The notes beneath the pieces are model-generated. The model did no database searches. It worked only from the letters and a program-made list of their open reading frames with translations, and was not told where the DNA came from. A program made the translations under genes and the position numbers. A DNA stretch of 64,000 nucleotides from positions 224,001 through 288,000 of the forward strand of contig CAWHTE010000002.1 of the NCBI GenBank assembly GCA_963832165.1, given 5' to 3'. Shown here piece after piece: positions 11,431 to 20,952 of the stretch. Source of the stretch: an uncultured delta proteobacterium. Its GTDB lineage: Bacteria; Myxococcota_A; UBA9160; SMWR01. How positions within the stretch are numbered: the stretch's first letter is position 1; the number at the start of each line of letters is the position of its first letter.

Positions 11431-11458
11431 AACCTACGATACTATACCCATGAGTCAA
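11431..11458 (-). promoter_or_regulatory. putative sigma70 promoter for the Rrf2 gene (leaderless)
   Basis: Minus strand TTGACT-N16-TAGGTT, then 7 nt to ATG 11423, no Shine-Dalgarno. Confidence 0.5.
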
Positions 11459-11474
11459 CATTGAGTTCTCCGCG

Positions 11475-12524
11475 GTGACTCCCGATCGATCCTCCAATGG
11501 TCTCGTCCGCGACCGGCTCGGCCGCCGACTCCACGACCTGCGCATCTCGGTCACCGACCGCTGCAACTTCCGCTGTCCCTACTGCATGCCCGCGGAGATC
11601 TACGGCGAGCACTACCCGTTCCTGCCGCGCCCGCAGCTCTTGACCTTCGAGGAGATCGAGCGGCTCGCGCGGATCTTCGTCGATCTCGGCGTGGAGAAGA
11701 TCCGCATCACGGGCGGCGAGCCGCTGCTGCGCCACGGGCTCCCGCAGTTGATCGAGGGCCTCTCTGCAATCCCGGGCCTCACCGATCTCACGCTGACCAC
11801 CAACGGTTACCTGCTCGCGAAGCAGGCCACGTCGCTCGCGAGCGCGGGTCTGCGCCGGATCACCGTGAGCTTCGACAGCCACGACGAGGAGGTGTTCCGG
11901 CGCATGAGCGGCCGCGACTTCGGCCCTGCGCGCGTGCTCGAGGGCATCGCGGCGGCCGCTGCAGCCGGTCTCGCGCCGATCAAGATCAACTGCGTGGTGC
12001 AGAAGGGTGTGAACGACCACCAGATCGTCGATCTCGCGCGCCACTTCCGCGGCAGCGGCCACATCCTGCGCTTCATCGAGTTCATGGACGTGGGGACGCT
12101 CAACCACTGGGACCTCACGCAGGTGGTGACCGCGCGCGAGATCATCGACCGCATCGCCCGTGAATATCCCCTCGAGCCGATCGGGCCCAACTACGCGGGC
12201 GAGGTGGCGGAGCGCTGGCGCTATGCGGATGGGGCGGGTGAGATCGGCGTGATCGCGTCGGTCTCGCAGCCGTTCTGCCGCGGCTGCACGCGCGCTCGGC
12301 TCACGATCGAGGGCAAGCTGGTCACGTGTCTGTTCGCGGCGGGCGGCGCCGATCTGCGCACGCCGCTGCGCGCGGGCGCGAGCGACGATGACCTGCGCGA
12401 CCAGATCGCGGGCATCTGGTCGCGTCGCGCCGATCGCTATTCGGAGGAGCGCGCTGCGCTGACCGACTCGGCGGGACACGTCGCGCCCCGACCCAAGATC
12501 GAGATGTATCAGGTAGGCGGCTAG
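11475..12524 (+). CDS. moaA: GTP 3',8-cyclase
   Basis: [28 protein letters not shown]...C, C-terminal MYQVGG. Confidence 0.97.
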   Translation: MTPDRSSNGLVRDRLGRRLHDLRISVTDRCNFRCPYCMPAEIYGEHYPFLPRPQLLTFEEIERLARIFVDLGVEKIRITGGEPLLRHGLPQLIEGLSAIPGLTDLTLTTNGYLLAKQATSLASAGLRRITVSFDSHDEEVFRRMSGRDFGPARVLEGIAAAAAAGLAPIKINCVVQKGVNDHQIVDLARHFRGSGHILRFIEFMDVGTLNHWDLTQVVTAREIIDRIAREYPLEPIGPNYAGEVAERWRYADGAGEIGVIASVSQPFCRGCTRARLTIEGKLVTCLFAAGGADLRTPLRAGASDDDLRDQIAGIWSRRADRYSEERAALTDSAGHVAPRPKIEMYQVGG

Positions 12525-12531
12525 ATCTCGC

Positions 12532-13839
12532 CTAAGGCTTGGGGTCGAGATTCACGAGCTCGCGGATCAGCGTCTCGGTGGGTACCGAAACCGTCTCGAC
12601 GCGCCCATCGTGTCTCTGCACCGCGATGTCGAAGCGGGGCGCCGTGGTCAGCGCCGTCCGCACGGCCTCGAACGCGCCCGGGGTACCGATCTGGACGCCG
12701 TTGATCGTCCGGACCCGGTCGCCGTTGCGCAGCCCGATGCGGTCGTAGAAGCCACCGCGCCGCACTCCATCGAGCTCGATCGCGACGAGCTGGTCTCCCT
12801 CGTAGATCGGAGTCGGCTTGCCTTCGGCGAGCAGTCCTCCCTCGGCGAGGATGGGCTCGGGCGGGTTGTCGATCCGCTCGCGAATCCTCTCCAGGCTCTG
12901 GCGTTGGAACTCGACCGATTCGGGATCGGGCTTCTTGAAGCCGAACCGATCGGCCAGGCGCGCCGGATTGGAGCCGACCACGAGCTGCTCGATGCGACCC
13001 TCGTTGTCGATCAGCACGCGACCCACCTCGATGCGGTCGAGTCGGGCCTTGGGATGATTCGCGAACGTATCTCCGATGTGGAGCGTCGCGACCACGAGAT
13101 CCCCGAGATCGATGATCACGGCGCTCGACTTGCTCTCGAGCTCGTCGACCTTCGTGGCCAGGAGATCGAGCGGCAGTGTCGTCGCCGGGTAGTCTTGCGG
13201 TGCGTCGCCAGGCGCGGCGGGCGGGGTAGGGGCCGGGACTTCGGCGGTCGGGCCGGTACTCTCGCCGGTCGGCGCCGCGGGTGCGGGTTGCATCGGTGAG
13301 GGCTCCGCAACGGGCCTAGGGAGCAGGAAGCCCGCTGCGATGCACGCGACGGCCACGCCCGAGAGCCACACGGGGATGCGAGCCTCGGAGCCGACCAGCC
13401 AGCGCGAGATCAGCACCGCCGCACCCACGCCGGCCGTCATTTCGGCGCAGCTCTGCAGGAAGTTTGCGATGCCCGCATAGCGCACCGAGTCCGTACCCCA
13501 CAGGCCCGACGGCAGCAGCAGCCCCGCGACCGCGGTACTCGCGATCGCGGCCGCGGTGAAAACGCCGAGTGCGAGCGCGACCCGACCGCGGCGCGCGAGC
13601 GAGAAGACGCGCTCGATGAGCGGCCACAGCAGGAAGGTCATCGCGACCGCCGGCAGCAGTCCCTTGAGCAGCACCACGCGCGCGTAGATCGCGAGCGCCA
13701 TCGGAAGCTGTCTCGCCGCGTCGGGATCCTGCGAGCGGACCATCAGCGCGCCCACGGCGAGCAGAGCGAGGAATCCCGCGCAGAGCAGCGCCGCGGAGCA
13801 GGCGAACCAGAGCAGCGCCCGAAGCAGGCCGCGGTTCAC
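12532..13839 (-). CDS. membrane protein with GspC-like (T2SS protein C HR + PDZ) C-terminal region
   Basis: About 5 hydrophobic segments, a Pro-rich linker, SSAVIIDL...[13 protein letters not shown] (HR-like) and [22 protein letters not shown] (PDZ). GTG overlaps the upstream stop. Confidence 0.7.
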   Translation of the reverse strand: MNRGLLRALLWFACSAALLCAGFLALLAVGALMVRSQDPDAARQLPMALAIYARVVLLKGLLPAVAMTFLLWPLIERVFSLARRGRVALALGVFTAAAIASTAVAGLLLPSGLWGTDSVRYAGIANFLQSCAEMTAGVGAAVLISRWLVGSEARIPVWLSGVAVACIAAGFLLPRPVAEPSPMQPAPAAPTGESTGPTAEVPAPTPPAAPGDAPQDYPATTLPLDLLATKVDELESKSSAVIIDLGDLVVATLHIGDTFANHPKARLDRIEVGRVLIDNEGRIEQLVVGSNPARLADRFGFKKPDPESVEFQRQSLERIRERIDNPPEPILAEGGLLAEGKPTPIYEGDQLVAIELDGVRRGGFYDRIGLRNGDRVRTINGVQIGTPGAFEAVRTALTTAPRFDIAVQRHDGRVETVSVPTETLIRELVNLDPKP

Positions 13840-16583
13840 GCGCACCGATTTCGACGCGCGCGCCGCCCGCGCGCGCACGCCAGACCCAGCGCACCCGCCA
13901 CGAGCGACGCAATCCCGTCGGGCTCGGGCAGCGCGACGAGGTCGAGCTCGCCCGCGATGAAGCCGCCCGACGAGAGCGGCGCGACGACTCCGCTCACCTC
14001 GTCGACCGTGACGATCTTGCCGCCCGAGCAGCTGCCGTCGGAAGCGCACACCCCGGCGTCGGCGACGTAGATGTCGCCACCCGGTCCCACCGCGATGCCC
14101 GTGGGCCGCTGCCACGGATAGGTGTTGTTGAGCGCGGTGGCGGCGCCCGTCGACGGGTCGATGCGATACACGCCATGGCCCGTGGTGTTCTGCAGTCCAG
14201 CCGCCAGAATCGCACCGTTCGCCTCCACGGCGAGGTCGAGCCATTTCCGGCTCGCGAGAGTCGGATCGAGGACGGTGATCGCCTTCGTGACGGCGTTGAT
14301 GCGCATCACGCCGTTGCCCAGGAAGCCGGCTCCGGTCACGAGCAGATTGCCGTTCGCCTCGAGCGCGAGCGCGTCGCCGTCCCAACCGAGTAGCGTCGTC
14401 CCCGCCGGAACGGAGAGCCAGGTCGACTTCGCGCCCACGCCGACGAGCGACCAGGTGACCTTCGAGATCTGCGTCTGCTCGAGTACGTACGGATTTCCGG
14501 AGGCGTCGAACGCGAGCTGGAGCGACTCCTTCGGTACGAGCGGCGGACTCGCCTGGCGCTGTGCGCCCGACGCCGCCACCGCGAACAGCCCGGCAGGATC
14601 GGCCACCACGATCTCCGCGCCGCCGCGCAGCGCCACGCCCTGCGGAGCCTGTAGCTGCGCGCCCTGGCTGATCAGGGTCTGTGCCCCCGTGACGGTGTTC
14701 ACGAAGAACACCGCGCGGCTCTCGCGGTCGACGGCGACGAGACCCGGCTGCGCGACGAAGGGCTTCTCGCTCTCGCTCGCCGCGGACGAGCAGCCGGTAT
14801 CGGCGGGATGGTCGGTGAATCCGTCGTTGTCGTTGTCGACGCCGTCGCTGCACTGGGCCTTTTCGAACGCGTCGTCGAGGGCGACGCAGCCCGGGTACTG
14901 GACCGGGTAGTCGACCCGTCCATCGACGTCGTTGTCGACGCCGTCCGAGCACTGCGGGTTCTCGGAGAGATCTGCGGCCGAGTCGCACTGAGCGTCGGCC
15001 GGGAAGTCGATGTCACCGTCGCCGTCGTCGTCGAGCCCATCGCTGCAGTCCGCGACCTCGGAGAGGTCGGACGCGCGCACGCACTGGGCGTCAGCCGGGT
15101 AGTCGATGCTCGCATCGGCGTCGTTGTTGATTCCGTCCGAGCACTGCGGGTTCTCGAGCGGCCAGTCGGGCGTGAAGCAGCCGGGATCGCTCGGATGATC
15201 GGTCGGTCCGTCGCCATCGTCGTCGATGCCGTTCGAGCAGTCGGGGCGTTCGGTGGAGTCGGTGGCCGACCAGCAGCCCGAATCGGCGGGGAAGTCCACA
15301 TCGCCGTCGCCGTCATCGTCGATGCCATCCTGGCAATCGAACTGCTCGGAATGGTCGCCCGGGGACCAGCAGCCCGGGTCGTTCGGGTAGTCGGTCGAGC
15401 CGTCGAGATCATCGTCAGTGCCATTGCTGCACGGCGGCGGGGTCAGGTAGGCCACCCAACCCTGGGGATTGCCCTGCGGATCCACGCCGCGACCCACCAC
15501 GCGGAAGCTGTTCGCGACGACGTCGGACACGCCAAGCGCTTCGACGAGTACCCAGCCCGTGAGGTCGAGGCCGTAGTCGCTGGTCAGCACACTCGCGAGG
15601 TCGCGCATGCCGTGCGCCGCATCCCAGATGAAGGCGCGGTCGGTGCCATTCGCGTCGACGGCGCGCCCGACGATCACGCCTCCGTTGGCCGACGCGGCGT
15701 GCGCCTCGCTGTCGACGAAGGGAGCGCCCGGCAGAGAGCCGAGCTGCTGCACGGTGGCGAAGCTCGCTCCGCTCCAGCGCACCGCCTGCTTGTCGGCCGC
15801 GACGACGGTTCCGCCGGGCAGCGTGATCGTGCGCTTGGTGCTCGAGCCCACGATCGCCGTTCCGTCGCTCGACACGGCCGCCGCCGAGGCCGCAATCGGC
15901 GCGCCCGCGTGCAGGTGCGGCAGCGGGTTCAAGCCCGAGCCGCTCCAGTACCAGGCGTCCTTGCCGCTGTTGCTCTCGTGATCTCCGACGATGATCGAGC
16001 CCGTGAGCGAGGCGCCGAGCGCCTGGCCGACCTCCTCGCTCGCCGCGAGATTGCCGAGATCGGAGAGCGTCGTGCCGCCGCCGGCCCAGCGCACGGGGTC
16101 GACGTGCAGCGGCGAGCTGAGTCCGCCCCTTGCGACGGAGAGCCCGACTGCGACCAGACCGTTGCCCGAGACCCCGAACCCCTCGGTGATCGGATCGCAG
16201 CCCGAGCAGCTCTGGTTGTTCAGCAGCGTCATCACGCCGCCGCTCCAGCGGTAGGCGCGCCGGACTCCGCTCGCGTCGTCGCTGCTTCCGACGATCACCG
16301 AGCCCGTGCTGGAGACGGCGCGCGCGGAGCTCCACGGATTCGCGAGCGACAGGAACCCGAGCCCGCTCATGCCGCCGCTCTGCGTCCAGCGGAAGGCCTG
16401 AGTGCCGCTCGTCCCCACGCTCTCGCCAACGACGACCTGACCATCGGCGGAGATCGCGAGCGCGACGCTGTCGCTGGTGCCGCCCGGAAGATCGCCGACG
16501 CCGGTGAACGAGGGAAGATCGGCCCTGCCCGCGCTCGCCAGGAGCAGCGAGCCGAGGATCGCGATCCGAAGGTAGGGGCTCAC
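13836..16583 (-). CDS. secreted HAF-repeat / Cys-Asp repeat / NHL-like propeller protein with PEP-CTERM-like anchor
   Basis: Signal peptide; SVALAISADGQVVVGES...QAFRWT repeats; 7 CxDGxDDDxDGxxDxPxDxxC repeats; PTGIAVGPGGDIYVAD; tail LPEPDGIASLVAGALGLACARGRRARR. Confidence 0.85.
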   Translation of the reverse strand: MSPYLRIAILGSLLLASAGRADLPSFTGVGDLPGGTSDSVALAISADGQVVVGESVGTSGTQAFRWTQSGGMSGLGFLSLANPWSSARAVSSTGSVIVGSSDDASGVRRAYRWSGGVMTLLNNQSCSGCDPITEGFGVSGNGLVAVGLSVARGGLSSPLHVDPVRWAGGGTTLSDLGNLAASEEVGQALGASLTGSIIVGDHESNSGKDAWYWSGSGLNPLPHLHAGAPIAASAAAVSSDGTAIVGSSTKRTITLPGGTVVAADKQAVRWSGASFATVQQLGSLPGAPFVDSEAHAASANGGVIVGRAVDANGTDRAFIWDAAHGMRDLASVLTSDYGLDLTGWVLVEALGVSDVVANSFRVVGRGVDPQGNPQGWVAYLTPPPCSNGTDDDLDGSTDYPNDPGCWSPGDHSEQFDCQDGIDDDGDGDVDFPADSGCWSATDSTERPDCSNGIDDDGDGPTDHPSDPGCFTPDWPLENPQCSDGINNDADASIDYPADAQCVRASDLSEVADCSDGLDDDGDGDIDFPADAQCDSAADLSENPQCSDGVDNDVDGRVDYPVQYPGCVALDDAFEKAQCSDGVDNDNDGFTDHPADTGCSSAASESEKPFVAQPGLVAVDRESRAVFFVNTVTGAQTLISQGAQLQAPQGVALRGGAEIVVADPAGLFAVAASGAQRQASPPLVPKESLQLAFDASGNPYVLEQTQISKVTWSLVGVGAKSTWLSVPAGTTLLGWDGDALALEANGNLLVTGAGFLGNGVMRINAVTKAITVLDPTLASRKWLDLAVEANGAILAAGLQNTTGHGVYRIDPSTGAATALNNTYPWQRPTGIAVGPGGDIYVADAGVCASDGSCSGGKIVTVDEVSGVVAPLSSGGFIAGELDLVALPEPDGIASLVAGALGLACARGRRARRNRCA
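14762..15431 (-). repeat. 7 tandem ~32-aa Cys/Asp-rich, probably Ca-binding, repeats
   Basis: From CSNGTDDDLDGSTDYPNDPGC to CSDGVDNDNDGFTDHPADTGC, about 96-nt period. Confidence 0.85.
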
Positions 16584-16593
16584 ACGCTAGAGA

Positions 16594-17289
16594 TTACGTC
16601 CCCGCGAGGCGGACAAGGCACTGCTCGATCAGGGGATTGGTCGGGAACGTGTCCTGCGTCTTCAGCGTGAGGTCTCCGACCAGGTGGATGGGATAAGGGA
16701 ACGCGCCGAACGGGAAGATCGTGTCGATGTGCTGAGTGACCGTCATCTGGCCCGTTCCCAGGAACAGACCCAGCGCATCGAGCAGCGGCAGCGGTATGTC
16801 CGCCACCAGGTGGAAGGGGAACGGGATCAAGGGGTCCCCGAACAGCGGGTTCGGCTCGATGAACCGGGCGGCCGTGTTCACGACCACGTCGAACGTGGCG
16901 GTCTGCGCGAGGAGGGCGTACGCGAACGCGCCACCGCTCTCGCTCGCGAGCGCGATGCAGATCGGCGGGAACTCGAGCACGTGTACGAAGTTGAGGCCAG
17001 TTCCCGTGAACAGCACGTCGTCGACCGTGATGTCTCCGTCCATCGTTCCGTCGAGGTAGTCGAACAGATCCATGCTCACGTTGATGGTCATCACGACGCC
17101 GCCGCCCAGCGTCAGCTTTCCACTCTCGACATCGATCGGCGGGTCGTCGAGCGTCTGAAAGAACAGGTTCAGCGCGCTGCCGTCCTGCATGGCGAACGTC
17201 TTCTGGATCGCCAGATTGCAGCCCACAGTAGACATTGCGAAGAGTGCGAGGACACCAGAAAGCAGGGTTCGCTTGAGCTGCATTGTCAT
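16594..17289 (-). CDS. hypothetical lipoprotein
   Basis: MTMQLKRTLLSGVLALFAMSTVG-C lipobox-like signal; hydrophobic beta-rich body; AAGGA upstream. Confidence 0.7.
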   Translation of the reverse strand: MTMQLKRTLLSGVLALFAMSTVGCNLAIQKTFAMQDGSALNLFFQTLDDPPIDVESGKLTLGGGVVMTINVSMDLFDYLDGTMDGDITVDDVLFTGTGLNFVHVLEFPPICIALASESGGAFAYALLAQTATFDVVVNTAARFIEPNPLFGDPLIPFPFHLVADIPLPLLDALGLFLGTGQMTVTQHIDTIFPFGAFPYPIHLVGDLTLKTQDTFPTNPLIEQCLVRLAGT

Positions 17290-17534
17290 TCCTTGTTTCG
17301 TGTCCTGTTAAGATTTGTGGACGCGATCGATAAAAAAGTGAACAAGTTTCATTGGGGCGCCTAATAGTCCGTCACGCTAAGGGGCGTGTCGAATCGCCGC
17401 TTCTGGCGCAACCCAGGGCATTATAAGCGAATTCCCTACACCCGTGTTTCGAAAAGCAGATTCCCCGCGGGAACTATCGGGTTCCACACCTGGGAGCTCA
17501 TGGGAATAATGGTGGGGAGGTCGCGGATCGGGCG

Positions 17535-18752
17535 TTAGCCGATCCCGCGCAATACCTCGGCCAGCCGCTCGTAGTCGCCAATCGAGTTGTAGGCCTGCGC
17601 GGAGATCCGGAGCAGCCGGCCCGGGTGGGCGGCGCACGTGAGTACGGGCACCTCGATGCGGTGTTCGCGGAACAGCGTGTCGTGGAGTGGGTCGAGGTCG
17701 AGCGCGGACATCGCCTGGGGCGCGGGAAGATGGGGCAGCGGCGGCACGGGCAGCGACGCCATCGCGCCGATCATCGCGTCCGGGCACGGAAGCGGAGCGC
17801 CTAGCGCGTCGGCGATCACGCGGCGACCCGCGAGCGCCAGATCGCGATTGCGTCCGCGCAGCGCCGCGGCGCCGCCGGGCACCAGCTGCTCGAGGAAGTG
17901 CAGCGCGGCGGGCACCGCGAGTGCGGACGTGCAGTCGTCGGTTCCGGTCCACGCGAACTCTATGAAATAACGCTGCTCCAGCGGCACGGGCGCGTTGGCG
18001 CCGTGGCTGATCACCGCGGGTCGGACGTCGCGGCGGCGGTCCTCGCGCACCCAGAGGAAGCCCACCCCCTTCGGCGCGCAGATCCACTTGTGGCAGTTGG
18101 CCGCATAGTAGGCGGGCGCGAGCGCGCGGATGTCGACGTCCACCATTCCGGGTGCGTGGGCGCCATCCACGAGCACGTCGACGCCGCGTGTCTCGAGCTC
18201 GCGCACGAGCTCGGCGATCGGAAACACGAGCGCGGTCTGGCTCGTGACGTGGTCGATCACTGCGAGCCGCGTGCGATCCGTGACGCGCGCGAGCACCGCC
18301 TCGAGCACGGCGTCGGGCCCCGTGATCGGGAACGGGACCTGCGCCACGACCACGCGACAGCCGCGCTCGGCGGCCACGTACTCCATGATGTTGCGCGTCG
18401 CGTTGTACTCGTGGTCGGTGACGAGCAGCTCCGATCCAGCCGGCAGCGGAACCGACCGCAGCACGGCGTTGATCGCAGTCGTCACGTTCGGCACGAACGC
18501 GAGCCCAGCGGTTGGGGCGTTCACGAAGCGCGCGAGCTCCTTGCGCGCAGCCGCGAGCAGGACGGGCGCTTCCCGGTTGAAGAAGCGCGCGGGCTCGCGC
18601 TCGAGCTGGTCGCGCAGCGCCTGCTGCGCCGCGAGCACGGGCCGCGGACACGCGCCGTACGAGCCGTGGTTCAGATAGGTGATCTCGGGATCGAGCGTCC
18701 AGTGGCGTGCGAGATCGTTCGCGGATTGCGGGCGTGCGGCGTTCTCCTGCAA
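17535..18752 (-). CDS. class V PLP-dependent aminotransferase (isopenicillin N epimerase / C-S lyase-like)
   Basis: YLNHGSYGACP, LVDGAHAPG, ANCHKWICAPKG (PLP Lys). TTG at 18752 with GGAGG 5 nt upstream. Confidence 0.9.
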   Translation of the reverse strand: MQENAARPQSANDLARHWTLDPEITYLNHGSYGACPRPVLAAQQALRDQLEREPARFFNREAPVLLAAARKELARFVNAPTAGLAFVPNVTTAINAVLRSVPLPAGSELLVTDHEYNATRNIMEYVAAERGCRVVVAQVPFPITGPDAVLEAVLARVTDRTRLAVIDHVTSQTALVFPIAELVRELETRGVDVLVDGAHAPGMVDVDIRALAPAYYAANCHKWICAPKGVGFLWVREDRRRDVRPAVISHGANAPVPLEQRYFIEFAWTGTDDCTSALAVPAALHFLEQLVPGGAAALRGRNRDLALAGRRVIADALGAPLPCPDAMIGAMASLPVPPLPHLPAPQAMSALDLDPLHDTLFREHRIEVPVLTCAAHPGRLLRISAQAYNSIGDYERLAEVLRGIG

Positions 18753-18812
18753 GCGGGCCTCCGGACGGCGCAGGGTACATCGCGCGCGCGCGTCGTGTAC
18801 TCTCGACCGCCG

Positions 18813-19541
18813 ATGAGGCGCCTCGTCCTCGCGGCCATTTCCGTCGGAATCGCGATCCTGGTCGCGGCGGGTGCCTACCTCGTGTGGTCGCTCGACGCGC
18901 GCGTCGCCCGCGCAATCGAAGCGCACGGCACGCGGATCGTCGGGACGAAGGTGCACGTCGATTCGGTCGACCTCGACCTCCGCGCGGGCCGCGGGACGAT
19001 TCACGGCGTGCGCGTCGCGAATCCGGACGGCTACTCCTCGGGCGATGCGATCTCGCTCGTCGCGATCGAGCTGGCGATCGACGCGAGCTCGATCGGCTCG
19101 CAGCCGCTCCGCGTCACGCGTGTTCGCGTCGGCGATTCCGTGGTGAACTTCGAGCTCCGCGCCGACGGCGGATCGAATATCGAGCACATCAGGCGCCACA
19201 TCTCGGGCGAGTCCGCAGGTGCGACCGAAGAGCCGGCGCCGCCCGTCGATCCGCAGCGCTTCGCGATCGGCGATTTTGCGTTCGCGGGGGGCGAGATCTT
19301 TCTCGTGCGGCCCGGCGTCGAGGTTCCCGAACGCGTTCACATGCCCGGCCTCGAGATGCGCGACGTCGGAGGCGGCGACGGCGCCACGGGCGGAGAGGTC
19401 GGCAAACAGATCGCGCGCGCATTCACGCGGCGCGTGGTCGCGGCCACCGCGGGTCACCAGCTCGGCCGCGCCGTCGAGAAGGAGCTCGGCGAGACCGCGG
19501 GAGAAGCCGCCGAATCGATCCTGCGCCAGGTGCTCGACTAG
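18813..19541 (+). CDS. AsmA-like N-terminally anchored hypothetical protein
   Basis: N-terminal TM helix then VGTKVHVDSVDLDL..GRGTIHGVRVANPDGYS, an AsmA/DUF748-like pattern. Confidence 0.65.
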   Translation: MRRLVLAAISVGIAILVAAGAYLVWSLDARVARAIEAHGTRIVGTKVHVDSVDLDLRAGRGTIHGVRVANPDGYSSGDAISLVAIELAIDASSIGSQPLRVTRVRVGDSVVNFELRADGGSNIEHIRRHISGESAGATEEPAPPVDPQRFAIGDFAFAGGEIFLVRPGVEVPERVHMPGLEMRDVGGGDGATGGEVGKQIARAFTRRVVAATAGHQLGRAVEKELGETAGEAAESILRQVLD

Positions 19542-19542
19542 C

Positions 19543-19560
19543 GCCGTTTGTACAAACGGC
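19543..19560. promoter_or_regulatory. perfect 18-bp palindrome (terminator or activator site)
   Basis: gccgtttgtacaaacggc. Confidence 0.5.
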
Positions 19561-19657
19561 CCGAGCGCGTGTCGATTCGCGCGCCGCGTCGATCGCGCCG
19601 TCTTCGGATCGAAGCGGGCGCCGCCTCCGGAGCCGCGACCGAAGCCACCGTCGCGAT

Positions 19658-19673
19658 CGGCACATGCATTGCA
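19658..19673 (+). promoter_or_regulatory. putative sigma54 (-24/-12) promoter
   Basis: CGGCAC-ATGCA-TTGCA fits YGGCAC-N5-TTGCW. Confidence 0.6.
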
Positions 19674-19765
19674 CCTGCAATTCGCTGCGCAAAATACGCT
19701 CAGCGAGCGCAATGCGCACCGTGAGCGGCGGGTGAGCGGTTGCGCACCCCCGCATAGGAGGGTGC

Positions 19766-19984
19766 ATGATCAAGCTACGAAGCGTGATGGCAGTGGTGGC
19801 GGTGCTCAGTCTCGCGAGCGCGTCGTACGGTGTGGCTCCGGCTTTCAACGAGCTCGACAAGGACCGTGACGGCATGCTCACGAAGGCCGAGACGACCACG
19901 GTGAAGGGCCTCGATTTTGCGAAGGCCGACACCAACAAGGATGGTCGCCTCGATCGCGCCGAATACGAAGCGGCGGTCGGGTAG
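19766..19984 (+). CDS. small secreted EF-hand protein
   Basis: Signal peptide; DKDRDGMLTKAE and DTNKDGRLDRAE EF-hand loops; AGGAGG RBS. Confidence 0.88.
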   Translation: MIKLRSVMAVVAVLSLASASYGVAPAFNELDKDRDGMLTKAETTTVKGLDFAKADTNKDGRLDRAEYEAAVG

Positions 19985-20082
19985 ATCGAACCCGCGTGAA
20001 GGTGGCGTGCACCTGCCCGGGGCCGAATGGCTCCGGGCAGGTGCACGCGTTTCGATCGCGCGGGCTCCTCTGGAGGTGAGGC

Positions 20083-20931
20083 ATGCACCGTGGCGGTCGA
20101 TTGATGTTATGCAGCGCCCTCGTGGTGATTGCGCTCGCGATGCAGAGACCCGCTGCCGGAGCGCGCACCCAGGTGTCGTTCGAGTTCTTCCACACGAATC
20201 TCCAGCCGTACGGGAGCTGGCACGTCTCCGCGAGCCTTGGACAGGTCTGGATTCCGCACGTTCACGTGAGCGGGTGGCATCCGTATGCGTACGGGCACTG
20301 GGTGTACAGCGACTTCGGTTGGACCTGGGTGTCGGATTACGCGTGGGGCGCGATTCCGTACCACTACGGCACCTGGGCGCTCGATCCGGAGTTCGGTTGG
20401 GTCTGGGTTCCGGGCTACGTGTGGGCGCCGGCCTGGGTCGTGTTCCGTACCGGTCCGAGCTACGTGGGCTGGGCTCCCGTGCCGCCGAGCTTCTCGATCG
20501 GCGCGTCGTTCTCGTTCGCCGACTACGGCCCCGATCATTTCGTGTTCGTGCGCGAGAGCGATTTCGTGGAGCCCGAGATCCATCGGCACGCGTTGCCAGC
20601 CCAGCGTTCGCGGGCGGTCTTCAGCGACACGACGGTCATCCACAACCTCCAGATCGAGAACGACGTCGTCGTCAATCGCGGCCTCGACGTGCATCAGGTC
20701 GAACGCCAGGCGCGGGCGCCGGTAGCGCGCGCGCCGATCGAACGGGTGCCGAAGGTGGCTCCGGTCGAAGGCGAAGGCGTGACGCGCGACGAGCTGCGCG
20801 TAGATCCGAAGGAGGTCGAGCAGGGCAAGGTGCGCGCAGCCGCGCCCGTCGAGGCGGAGCGCGCGCCGGCACCCGAGCCGCCGCGCGGGGAGAAGCAACG
20901 GCCGAACCTTCGGCGCGGGCCGATGGAATGA
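20083..20931 (+). CDS. secreted DUF6600-like / YXWGXW-repeat protein
   Basis: LQPYGSW, WHPYAYGHWVYSDFGWTWVSDYAWGAIPYHYGTW, WAPAWV, YVGWAPVPP. Confidence 0.8.
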   Translation: MHRGGRLMLCSALVVIALAMQRPAAGARTQVSFEFFHTNLQPYGSWHVSASLGQVWIPHVHVSGWHPYAYGHWVYSDFGWTWVSDYAWGAIPYHYGTWALDPEFGWVWVPGYVWAPAWVVFRTGPSYVGWAPVPPSFSIGASFSFADYGPDHFVFVRESDFVEPEIHRHALPAQRSRAVFSDTTVIHNLQIENDVVVNRGLDVHQVERQARAPVARAPIERVPKVAPVEGEGVTRDELRVDPKEVEQGKVRAAAPVEAERAPAPEPPRGEKQRPNLRRGPME

Positions 20932-20952
20932 GGCAGTGGCTCCGAATCGGGA

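Noticed and set aside
14762..15431. ~96-nt periodic repeats as a possible CRISPR array
   Set aside because: They are degenerate, in-frame protein repeats.
17535..18752. PLP enzyme as part of a selenoneine/ergothioneine or beta-lactam cluster
   Set aside because: No egtB/senA, senB, egtD or beta-lactam genes in the window, and it lies 35 kb from selD.
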